Below are positions 49,703 through 61,433 of a stretch of 64,000 bases of DNA, piece by piece; the stretch's first letter is position 1; the number at the start of each line of letters is the position of its first letter. The DNA lies in the NCBI RefSeq assembly GCF_963921235.1, contig NC_086105.1, positions 102,796,001 to 102,860,000 of the forward strand, given 5' to 3'. A model generated the notes under the pieces. That model was given only the letters and a program-made list of their open reading frames with translations. It was not told where the DNA came from and made no database searches. The DNA is from Mobula hypostoma (Eukaryota). The translations under genes and the position numbers were made by a program.

Positions 49703-50670
49703 CAGTGTTTCCCACCCTTTTTTAGCCAAACGTCCCCCCTAAAGCACCTTCATAACTGTCAACACCCCTCTTAAGCAAAATATTCTTTCTGATGCCCCCG
49801 TAGTGTAAGAACATGTCTACCATGTGCTAACATGAGGAATATGATTCCACTTTAAATTTTTATTTATCTTTATACCCAGCTTACTCATTACCTGCGCACT
49901 GTACAGCAGCTTCAATATTAATGTGATCCTTGAGCTTGATGGTTTTTAGTAAGATTTGAAGCAACTGGTTCAAGTTGTGACAGCAAAAACCTTAAGTCCC
50001 CATGTGTAACAATGTCCAAATGGTTTCTGTTTTTTGTGAATATATAGTTTACTGCACTAAAGCCTCTTTCAACAAGGTAAGAGGATGGAAATCCAAGGAA
50101 GAGCAGTTTGGGTCTTCTCCAAAAACCAGGAAATTTCGTATGACTGTGTAGCCACATACCACAAAAGCTGACATTTTTGAAAAGCATTTTTGTCTCTTCA
50201 TCATTCTGAATTTCTATAATTTCTCCTTGCAAGCTCTCTTCCTGTTCTTCCATCTTGCAAAAGAATGGGTTAATTACTCAATCAGGAAATTGCAGATTGT
50301 TCAAATCCTTGAAACTATTCTGAAAATCCTCCTTCAGTGACTGAAGTTGTAAGCAATATTCTTGTAAATTACCGTCTGGGAAAGAAAGTGCCACATTTCC
50401 CCTGCAGGGAAACTGTGAGAACATTCTTCTCCCAATGTTTTGCTTACATATTTCCAAGCTTTCGATACTTTTTGCCTGGATTAAGTTGAAATTCTCACCC
50501 TACAGTTTCATATTCAGAATGTTAATTTCATCATACAGGTTGGCTAGGTATGCCACATCTCCATGTAGAAGATCGATCTCGTGTCTCAAGTTAGGGTTCT
50601 GCTTACCACCTCCCCAAGAATCTTGAATGTCTCCCGGTGATTTCTATTTCCCCTAACACCCCCTTAGAAC
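49703..50670 (-). mobile_element. hAT transposase remnant (copy B, uninterrupted)
   Basis: ORF 49918-50253 hAT dimerisation-domain motif; terminus CAGTGTTTCCCA at 49703. Confidence 0.75.
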
Positions 50671-51238
50671 ACATAACTGCCTATGCTGAGTTAATTAAGA
50701 TAATCATGCCTCATTAAACTAATCCCTTCTGCCTTCACATTGTCGATATTTCTTCTATTCTGCAGTTTATCCCAAAATAACTCTATCAAGGGAAAGTAAA
50801 ATATCGTACATGCTGAAAGACTGAAATAGAAAAAAAGAGCATTAGAGGTACTCAACAGGCCAGGCAGCACTTGAGGAGAGAGAAACATATCAGTGACTTT
50901 CATTAAAATGGGAAAAATGTGAAAACAAGCTTTCAGTCTGAGGAGAGAACGAAGGGAGTATCTTAGCTAGGGTAGAGACGATTCCTCCCCAGTATTCACA
51001 AATAATGAACTTCTAGGATGAATATAGGTAGGAAGAGGAATGAAGAAAATAGAGAGACAAATAAAGTGGTGGAACACTGAGATGTAGGGAACTCCAGTGG
51101 TTGGAAAACTGAAATTAAAGAGAATTTTTGGAAATACTTGGAAGATCAGGGAGATCCACGGAGAGAGAAAACCTGAGTGAATGTCATCAAGCATCAAACT
51201 GAGCAGTTCTAACAGAAACAAGGAAGGCTAGTTATCAG

Positions 51239-51461
51239 GCAACATACATCAAAGTTGCTGGTGAACGCAGCAGGCCAAGCAGCATCTATAGGAAGAGGCG
51301 CAGTCGACGTTTCAGGCCGAGACCCTAGTCCTGACGAAGGGTCTCGGCCTGAAACGTCGACTGCGCCTCTTCCTATAGATGCTGCTTGGCCTGCTGCGTT
51401 CACCAGCAACTTTGATGTATGTTGCTTGAATTTCCAGCATTTGCAGAATTCCTGTTGTTTG
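51239..51461. mobile_element. Penelope-derived palindromic mini-element, copy B only
   Basis: 14-bp TSD AGGCTAGTTATCAG at 51225-51238 and 51462-51475; perfect 88-bp arms 51239-51326 and 51338-51425; empty site at 8521. Confidence 0.92.
51327..51362 (+). ncRNA. Minimal type I hammerhead ribozyme motif (Penelope-type)
   Basis: AGUC-CUGACGA-AGG(GUCUCGG)CCU-GAAA-CG-UC-GACU: stem I AGUC/GACU, stem II AGG/CCU, intact catalytic core, GUC triplet and palindromic minimal stem III. Confidence 0.75.
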
Positions 51462-52531
51462 AGGCTAGTTATCAGAATCTCTTGTATCTTGGAACTACAA
51501 GTTGTCTGCAGGGAAGATGAGGGATTGTTCCTTGAGCTTCTTTTGGGTTTGGTGAAACTGTATTCGTGGCCGCAGAATGAGAAATCATAGTGGGAGTGAG
51601 ATGAAGGAATAAAATGAAAGGCAACTTAAAGGTCAGGGTCACCCTTTAGGATTGAATAGTGATAGTCTGCAAAATTATCATCGATCTGCAATTGGTTTCT
51701 CCAGTGTAGAAGAGACCGTGTTGTAAACACTGAATGCAGCACACTGGATTGGAAGATTGGAAAAAGAATTGAAGTTCAAGTTCACACAGGGCATAAAAGC
51801 CATGAAAGTTACTCTTGTGTAGCATGACAGCGGTACATAGGAGGACAAAGACAAACTGCAGTTAATATAAACTTAAATTTACATAAATTATACTTAATTT
51901 CAATGTGAAAAATAAACAATATTAGTGCAAGATTGAGAGAAAAAGAACAGTTCATTGTACCAATGTTATTTCTTTCCTAAACTCAAATATATAATTATAA
52001 CAGTCCGTTTTGACTTTCTTTTGCAATATATATTGTACAAATGTGCAATAAGTGAATGGGACTGAATTGTCAACTGCTCTGAATTTCTCACAAATATTTC
52101 TGTTCATTTCACTGTAACTCATTTTTTATTCTGCTGCAGCAATACACAATTACACAACCCACTCTCTTTGTACAATTTGTTTAATATTGAAGCAACATCT
52201 ATTATTTAACTTAGTGAAGGATATAATTTTATAATATTTAACTTCAAATGTTTTGTAGAAGTACTTAATTAATGTATTGAGAAAGCTAGTTTTGTGATGA
52301 AAACCTAATGTGATGTGAAAGCTGATTTAGATACCTGATGTTATGAAAGGTTACAGTTATTTGGGTTCAGCTTGTTGAAACATTTGTAAAAGCTGTTTTG
52401 GATCATCAGAGTATGGAGATGGGGAGTATAGTCTATCTCAGGATGCCAGCTTTTTGGTGTGCCTGTATATCTGCAGGTTTGAAAAGTGTGGGACAAAGGA
52501 TAATTACATTTTTTTTGTAAAGCAACCTTTT

Positions 52532-52762
52532 TCTAGATAAAGAACTGGGCTTAAGATCACAGGCAACAACATTTTCTCCATATCGGGCTACCTTCTAATA
52601 TTTGGTGCATCGATACAGCGAGTTGCCGCTGAACATTTGTTGATGAGTCATTGGAACTTTATCAGCTTTGAAGTGATGAATATACACAATAGACCATTTC
52701 CAGAACACCCAAGTGCACGAGTCTTGCAAATGCATGATTGGGTACATCTCAGTTATCACCCA
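52532..52762. promoter_or_regulatory. Candidate erythroid enhancer, copy B
   Basis: Same motifs as 9600-9830 (ATGAGTCAT at 52643-52651). Confidence 0.4.
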
Positions 52763-54886
52763 GGTTCACATTAGTCCGGCCTTGAGCCAGTTGAGAACCA
52801 TGTTTCTATAGTTGCAAACCTATTTTAACAGCAGACTTTAATGATAAAACTGGGGAAATTTATTGTGCATATTTGTTACCAATATATATTTAGTTTAGAT
52901 TGAGGCCCTCTGTGGGGAATAAAGCAAATGTAATTGAATTTGATGCTTGATTATTTCTTGATATTGTAGGTTATTTAGTCTCCCATGTTTCCTCACCTGG
53001 ACAGTTCAGAGATCCAAAGCACAGAGAAGAACAATGCTATGGTTATGGTTGGTGGTGGGCAGGACGATGTTAATGATGGGGACAGCATAATTAAATGGTT
53101 AATTTGGTTGGTTTGGTTGTTCTCATGTTTACAGAGCATGAACGACAGAGAGCTAGAAGACATGCATCAGATCTCCAGGTAAACATGATGCAGAAGATGG
53201 ACTTGGCAGCTGACAGACTGTAGCTGAGATTGGGTTGTTTGGATGGTCACCGGATGGATGAGAACGTGATCTGAAGACTAAATCTGACACCAAGGGTGAA
53301 AAGTTTGAGACTGTTGCCAGTGGAAGAAATGGAATGAAACACTGGAAAAGGCCAAAGAAATATCTTCAGTCTCAATGATTCAACTTGTCAGGATGTGTTA
53401 CCTTTATTTCACTAAATGTCCAAAAATGTGGATTTCACCCAGAATCACACAGTGAGCAAAAAAAAGTTCCATCTTTAGTAACTGGATCAATTAACGAATT
53501 GTTCTTCTGATAGTTTAGTAGCCTTAAATTCACTGATAATTCAGGGGTGACAGGATTGCTCTGCCTTGAATATATAATCCCATTGATTAATCTGCAGCCC
53601 CAGCAGAGCTAATTTTATGTACTGCTGGTATAAAAATCAATAAAAACCAAAACAAATGCCAAAGGGAGAATGACTAAGTCATCTGTCAGAAATATGAAAA
53701 ACAATAAAAATCAAATTGTACCAAACCTACCAATTGAAGGAAATTTCTACTCATTTGATAGTAGAAATTAGACAGGACATCTTATAACTGAGAGGCAATG
53801 GAGGATTCCTGAGAAATGGCAGTGAAGTGTGGGGTCAGTGCTGCTGTGGAAACAGTGTGTTTTAGAAAAAGCTGAATGTTGGGTTATCCAGTAAGTGCGT
53901 TTGGCAGGAGTTCCCTCTACAAGCTGATAGGAGGCAATAGAGTATATAAAGGCTTCAGACAAAGTTAGACTTTCTTTGTATATGATCCTTGACCTAACTC
54001 TCTGTCACCTGTTGTAGGATAGGTAGTACTAATTTGAGGAAGATATTTCCATGAATTGACCTTCCTTCTCACCTTCCCTATTCTGATGAGGTGGAGTGTT
54101 CTGTTCTTGGCAAGGCCTTAACCTTTTCCCCCTCCAGCCGCACCTCAGTCAGTTCCATAGCAGCCACAATGCCGAGATCCTCTTCTGTTGTCTCTGTCTC
54201 CGAGACCATTTCTTTGGCAAGAATTCCACGGGCTGCTGCAAAGGATCGAAATAAGCTCCAGAGAGTTGTAAACTTAGTCAGCTCCATTATGGGCACTGCC
54301 CTCCCCTCCCCCCCCCACCCCCGTGGTATCCAGGACACCTTCAAGGAGGATGCCTCACCAAGGCAACATCATCATTTAGGACCCCATCACCCAGGTCATG
54401 CTTGTTCTCATTGCGACCATCAGTAGGGAGGCACAGAAGCCTGAAGGTACACACTCAGTGATTCAGGAACAGCTTCTTCCCCTCTGCCATCTGATTTCTG
54501 AATGGACATTGAACCCAGGAACACTACCTCACTACTTTTTTATTTCTATTTGCACTACTTATTTAATTTAACCATTTAATATATATACTAACTGTAATTC
54601 ACATTTTTTCTATTATTTTGCATTGAATTATACTGCTGCCACAAAAACAACAAATCTCACGACATATGTGGGTGATATTAAAATTGATTCAGATTCTGTT
54701 CCCGCAACAATGACCCCTTCTCCCGTATCGAGCCCTCCTCCTTATCTTGGACACCCCGCTCTTGTTTTCTACCTGCTCTGGATCTTTTCACTCCTCAATG
54801 TTCCTTGAACCGTGCCCCCTATGAACACACTACCCTCTATTCTTTCCTCACTAATCCTAACCTTACCATTAAACCTGCAGTAAAAT

Positions 54887-55401
54887 TCTGATATGTCTAT
54901 CCATGGCCTCCTCTACTGTAAAGATGAAGCCACACTCAGGTTGGAGGAACAACACTTTATATTCCATCTGGGTAGCCTCCAACCTGATGGCATGAACATT
55001 GACTTCTCTAACTTCCGCTAATGCCCCACCTCCCCCTCGTACCCCATCCGTTATTTATTTATCTACACACATTCTTTCTCTCTCTCTCTCCTTTTTCTCC
55101 CTCCGTCCCTCTGAATATACCCCTTCCCATCCTCTGCGTTCCCCCCCCTTTTCCTTCTCCCTGGACCTCCTGTCCCATGATCCTCTCATATCCCTTTTGC
55201 CAATCACCTGTCCAGCTCTTGGCTCCATCCCTCCCCCTCCTGTCTTCTCTGATCATTTTGGATCTCCCCTTCCCCCTCCCACTTCCAAATCTCTCAGTTA
55301 GTCCTGACGAAGGGTCTTGGCCTGAAACGTCACCTGTACCTCTTCCTAGAGATGCTGCCTGGCCTGCTGCGTTCACCAGCAAATTTGATGTGTGTTGCTT
55401 T
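54887..55401 (+). mobile_element. Penelope-like 3' fragment, copy B only
   Basis: 8-bp TSD AGTAAAAT at 54879-54886 and 55402-55409; same family as 38473-39342 in reverse orientation; empty site at 15008. Confidence 0.88.
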
Positions 55402-58400
55402 AGTAAAATGGGGTGCTATTATAGTGTGGCAGATTGACCCCCACCTTGCTGAGGCTAAGCGGCAACTCTCAGATATTTCAGACATCCCACCCTGCAAAAA
55501 CTCATTTCAGGGAGGTAGCACCATCAATTTGCGGGAGACTCCCAGAACTTCCGGGAGGGTTGGGATATCTGCAATAGAGCAGCCGCTTAGCAGCTAGCCA
55601 GCTAGTTAAAATAACGTTAGCTATGCTAATGAACGAATGACACCTGTTAAACCCACCTCAACGTGTCTTTTACAATCTTAACCCACCACAGGCAATAGAA
55701 AAGTCACTGTTGCAAACAGTGCAGCAAGCAACACTGTCATTATTTTTGACCCCTGTTAGGCAGGAGTACACTTTAGTGTAGTCTGGGGTGACGTATGTTT
55801 TAAATTTTCATTTTATTTTTATAATTATATTTATATTTATATTTTTATATGCATCTGATTTCCCCTTAGCAGAGTTCAAACACCCATCAATCTCTGTGTA
55901 AAAACACCTCCCTCTTACATGCCCCTAGACTTTCCTCCCAACACTCCCAACAATTATGTCTCCCTGTAAAAGAGACCTTTTGTGCCCAAGGAAAAAGAAT
56001 GTCCAATGCACTCAATCTATGCCTCTTATCATCTTGTATGTCTTTATCTAGTCACCTCTCATTCTCGTTCTTTACAAAGAGAAAGGCCATAGCTCACTCA
56101 ACCTATCCTTATAATACTTACACTGCAAACGTGAGGGATCTACGGATGTGAACTATAAGATCCCTCTGTTCCACTTCACTATTAAGAATCCTGCACCAAC
56201 CTTGTATTCTGCCTTCAAGTTTGACATTCTAAAGTAATTTACTTCACACTTTCCCAGATTGAACTCCATTAACCATTTCTCAGGTCAGCTCTGCATCCCA
56301 TCAATGTCCTACTGTAACCTATGACAACCTTCTTCACTATCCACAACACTGCCAAACTTCTTGTTGTGTGGAAACTTACTAACCACCCTTCCACTGACTC
56401 ATCCATCATCTATAAAATTCATAAAGAGAAGAGATCCTAGAAGAAATCCCTATGGGATACTAACCTCCAAGCCACTAACCTCCAGGCAGGATATGTTCCA
56501 TCTACTACCAACCTCTGTTTTCTGTGGACAAGTTAATTCTGAATCCACCCAGTTAAATTTTCCTGGATCCTTGCCTCCTTTCTAAATGTGCCTACCATGT
56601 TGAACATTGTCAAATACCTTACCAAAATCCATATACACCAAATCCACTTCTCTGGTCTCATAGATTTGTTTTGTAAAATCCTCAAAGAATTCAATCAGAA
56701 CCGTGAGGCAAGACCTATCCCTTACAAAGTCATATTGTTTATCCCTAATCAGACTATGCTTCTCTACATGGTTGTCGATTGTGTCTCTAAGAATGCTTTC
56801 CAATATTTCACCCACCACTGATGTAAACTCACTTGCCTATAACTCCCAGCATTATCCCTATTACATTTGCCTCCCTCCAATCCTCTGGTACTATTCCTGT
56901 GGCGAGTGAGGATGCAAACATCATTGTCAGATGTGTAACAATCTCTTCCCTCACTTCCCATAATAACTTTGAGTATATCCTGTCCAAGCCTGGGGACTTA
57001 CCTAACCTAAAGTTTTCCAAAAGTTCTAGTGGATCCTCTTTCTTAATGTCAACATGTTTTAGTTTATCAGCTTATCCTAAGCTGACCTCTCTTTTATCAA
57101 GTTTCTTCTTGCTTGTGATTACTGAAGCAAAAGATTCATTAAGGAGCTCCACTACCTCCTCCAGCTCGGGGCATGTTTCCTCTTTTGTCCCTGATCAGTC
57201 CAGTCTTCATGTTTGTGCCTAATAGCATCATAATTCCCCCTCCACAATTTTACAATTTCATCTAAAATCCACTCCGATCCATGTCAAAGGTTATGGTAAA
57301 GGTCAGGGAGTTGTGGTCACTGTCTTCATGATGTTCACCTGCCAAGAGATCTGTCTCCTCTCCTGGTTTAACGTCTTGTACCAGATCCAATTTTCAGATC
57401 AAGGAGCATCATATGGGGATCAACCAAGTTCACACCAAGGTGTTGTAATCTAATCATAATCAAGAGAAAATCTGCAGATGCTGGAAATCCTGCTGAAGGG
57501 TCTCAGCCCAAAACGTTGATCGTAAATTTTTCCATAGATGCTGCCTTGCCTGCTGAGTTCCTCCAGCATTTTGTGTGTGTTCCAAGAGCTGTGTTCTGTC
57601 CACACTCTAGTATGGATCAGAGTGACCTTGTCAAGCTGTTGTCATTCCACACCAGGAGCCTCAGGAAGACTCTCTGTACTTTTTGGCAAAGAAAGATCTC
57701 CAACCAAGCCCAACTCCTGCAGTGTCATCATGAAGAAACACTGGTGATGGACTGGGCATGTGATGAGAAGAAAGGCCAACTCCATCATCAGGATGACATG
57801 TCATTGGACCCCTGAAGAGTGGAGGAAACACGGGAGACCAAAGATAAATTGCTGCTGTGATGTAGAGGCTGAAATGAGGCCCTGAATCACACCTGGAGCA
57901 CAACAGAGAAGATGGCCAAAGATAGACAGAGATGGAGGATCTTCATTACTGCCCCCTAAATGCCAGCAGCGTAATGAGCAGTAAGTAAGTACCTGATCCA
58001 GTAAGGGCTTTCCTCTAGTTGGCCTTACTCCATACCCAGTCAGGAATCCTTCCTGAACATACCTAACAAATTCTGCCTCATCTAAACGTTTTGCTCTACG
58101 GAGATGTCAATCAATATAAGGGATGCTGAAGCCACTGATGACAACAAAGATGCTGTTCTTACATTTTTTCAAAATCTGCCACCTGATCTGATCCACAGTG
58201 TCTCTGTTGCTATTAGGGGAGTCCATAGAATACCACCAATAGTGTAGTTGTTTCCTTACTGTTTTCACTTCCAACCACAGACTCAGAAGTTGATTTCTTC
58301 AGGAGATCTGCGTTGTTATACTATCCCTGATTAGCAATGCCACTCCTCTCTCCCTGTCTCTTTTGAAACATCTAAACCCCAGAACATCCTCCAACCATTC

Positions 58401-59607
58401 CTGCTCTTGTGACAGGCAATTGTCATGCTATAAGTGAAGCACAACCACATCCAGTGAGGATCCATGTAATGGAACTGTATCCAGTTAGGATCAGTGATGT
58501 AACCACTATAAGTTCATCACCCTTGTTCCTGTTAATATCATTACAACAGATACTTTTCAACCCATCCAACGATCCTGCAATAATGCCCATTCCACCACCT
58601 ATCCTGCCTCGCAGTCTCTCTACAGGCTGCATTTACCTTTACAACAATGGCCCCATTCTCTGACCTATCACTCTGTTTCCCATCAGAAACAGAATCAGGT
58701 TTAATATCGCTGACATATGTCGTGAAATTTGTTGTTTTGTGGCAGTAGTACATATACATACATAATAATAACAAAAAATATAATTATAAGAGGCATACAT
58801 AAAACATAAATTAAGTTATTAGTGAAAAATGAAGGAAAAATTGTGAGGTACTGTTCATGTTTGTGAGTCATTGTCCATTCAGAAATCAGAAGGGGCGGTG
58901 GGGAAGAAGCTGTTCCTGAAAACTTGAGTGTGTGTCTTCAGGCTCCTGTACCTTCTCCTTGATGGCAGCAAAGAGAAGAGGGCATGTCCTGGGTAATGGA
59001 GGTATATATTATGAGACAGTATAAATATGATGAACTAAAATGGCTTCCTCTTTCCTCCTGGAAGTATTTATAATTAAAAAGGTAAATATGAGGAACATGT
59101 TTTTGAGCTTGCCTGCAGGAAATACAGAGAAAGTCAATGGTTGGTATTAGTTTTTGCGGAATCCTGATATACGACCAGCCCTGGTTTTACGTGATCCACT
59201 TGGATCCAAATATTGTAAAAGCCACTCACTTTAGACCAGTCCTTATCATCAGCCAGAATGTCCACCAAACCCCTCTTCCCCGATTATTGCCCCACCGTCT
59301 TTGCCATCTCTGTGAAGAGTTACCAAATGGTTTACAGGCTTGTGAGGTTTGATTATAAAACAGGTAATATTTTGCAATACTTATTCAATCTTTATATATA
59401 TTTTATAGTAATTTGTAGTGCATTTAATGCATTGCACAGTACTGCTGCTACATAACAACAAATTTCATGACATACGCTGCAACAATAAACCTAATTCTGA
59501 TTCTGATTCTGAAATTCTAAAGCCCTAATGCACTACAAATGGGAGACCTGGCTGATATTTGCTGCAGCTGCACTGAATGAGTTGGAGGCAAAAACATTAA
59601 AAGCCCC

Positions 59608-61433
59608 TATAAAAGCGAAAATCAAAGTGATGAACATAAACCTGTGAGGCTGCAGCCCTACTTGCTGTGAATCTCAGACAGAAACTCATGGGAAAACATT
59701 ACTCTTTGAGTGTATTGTACCTGTTCTGACTGTGATCCAAGTCACCGGAGAGGCACTCAAGCTGATGATATCAAAGTCTTCACTCAGCCCATTAAACAAG
59801 CATTCTTCTGGAGAAACACACACAAAATTCTGGAGGAGCTCAGCAGATCAGGCAGCATCTCTGGAAAAGACTGATGACAGAGTCCTGATGAAGGGTCTTG
59901 GCCCAAAATGTCGACTGTTTACCCTTTTCCATAGATGCTGCCTGGCCTGCTGAGTATTGCGTGTTGCTTTGGAATTCCAACATCTGGAGATTTTCTTGTG
60001 TTTGTGATTCTTCTGGAGACACTCTTGCAAGAATCTCACAGGCAGCGTCTCTGGAAAATAATAAACAGTCAACATTTTGGGTCCAGAATATTCAGCACAA
60101 ACATGAAGCAAGTAAATGGCCATTATTGATCAGCAATCTGCGGAGGCAGCTGATGATGATGCTGCCCATCGTGATTCACTTTCTTCTCCTCTGCAAATGA
60201 GAGGAAAATGTGCTTGTGAACATACTGGCTGGGTGATTTGTTAACATCTTGGTGGGTATATACAAAAAGCTGTGAAATATGGGTTTAGAACTAGGGTCAG
60301 AGTAAAAATAAAGTAAGGGTATCATGATGCAAAAGTTAAATAAGAACCATTATAGGTAGAGATTACTGGCCAAGTGTAATTGTAGAAGCAGTGTGCAAGA
60401 GATTAAGCAGCTGGAAAATGACTTAAAAGGCGGGAGGGGGAGATGGCAGCGCACCTGCGTGTGCGCAGCCCTCCGGTGAAAAATGATATTGTATCTGTTA
60501 AATAGGGGCCGTGGACAATTCTGATTTGATGGAGAATGGATGTGAAAGCACAGAGGAGCATCTGGAGAAATTTCTGAAACACCCGTTCACTGCAGTTGTT
60601 ACTGTGTGGTCGGGAATCTTTTGGAGGGTAGGCCTCAAAATCCCCGGCCTTGCCTGCTTTTGGCAACCGAGAAGGAGGTCGAATCATTCAGACAGAGATG
60701 GCGCTCAGTACTCGGTGCCTTAGAGCTGATCAGAGCTCGAAGTTTTCTGATGATTCAGAGTCGGATTGTGGTCAGCATGGCAGGGAGAGTTTTTCTTCCT
60801 TCTCCCGTCTGCGTGAGATGTGGGACATTTGAGAGACTTTGAACTTTACTGTGCTCATGGACTGCTTCATCAAGTTATGGTATTGTTACACTGTTTGTAA
60901 CTATATGTTATAATTATATGGTTTTGTCAGTTTTTTCAGTCTTGATTTGTCCTGTGTTTTGTGATATCACATGGGAGGAAATAATGTATCATTTCTTAAT
61001 GATATTGTCTAAATGACAATAAAAGAGGACTACGTGTCTTCATAATCTAAAACACTTTCTTAGTACAAGTCGACCTTCACTAATCCGACTACCTATAATC
61101 CGGTTCCTTCGATAATCTGGCACTGATTATGCTTAATGCGATCCTTCTGTAATTCAGCATTTTCATTAATCCAGCACTCCTCAGGTCCCAATGGTGCCGG
61201 ATTAGGTCGACCTGTATTGCCCTTGTGTCTTTGGTATTGATTTTGATTTAAAATTTATCCTACCAGTGCTTCACAATGACCTCTACAATTTTCAAATACC
61301 TCTCCTCCTCTCCACACCATCCATTATTATCTCCAGAACTGCCCATTGTGATACACCATGACCCCACCAACCTTCCTACAAGTTTGAAATGACAGCTGAT
61401 AATGATGAGAGGCCATGACCATTTCCTCTATAA
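59608..61433 (+). pseudogene. Putative decayed alpha-like globin pseudogene (copy 2)
   Basis: Paralogue of 25201-26214 (TATA 59608, ATG 59688, exon-3-like 61302-61433), lengthened by insertions at about 59869-60058 and 60429-61052. Confidence 0.5.
60429..61052 (+). mobile_element. ~620-bp non-autonomous retroposon of the same family, copy B only
   Basis: Empty site in copy A at 25838 (acttaaaacac). TAAAA TSD; 5' and 3' ends similar to 6962-7648. Confidence 0.8.

Noticed and set aside
51209-51590. Two ORFs with identical N-termini on opposite strands
   Set aside because: Artefact of the perfect inverted repeat.
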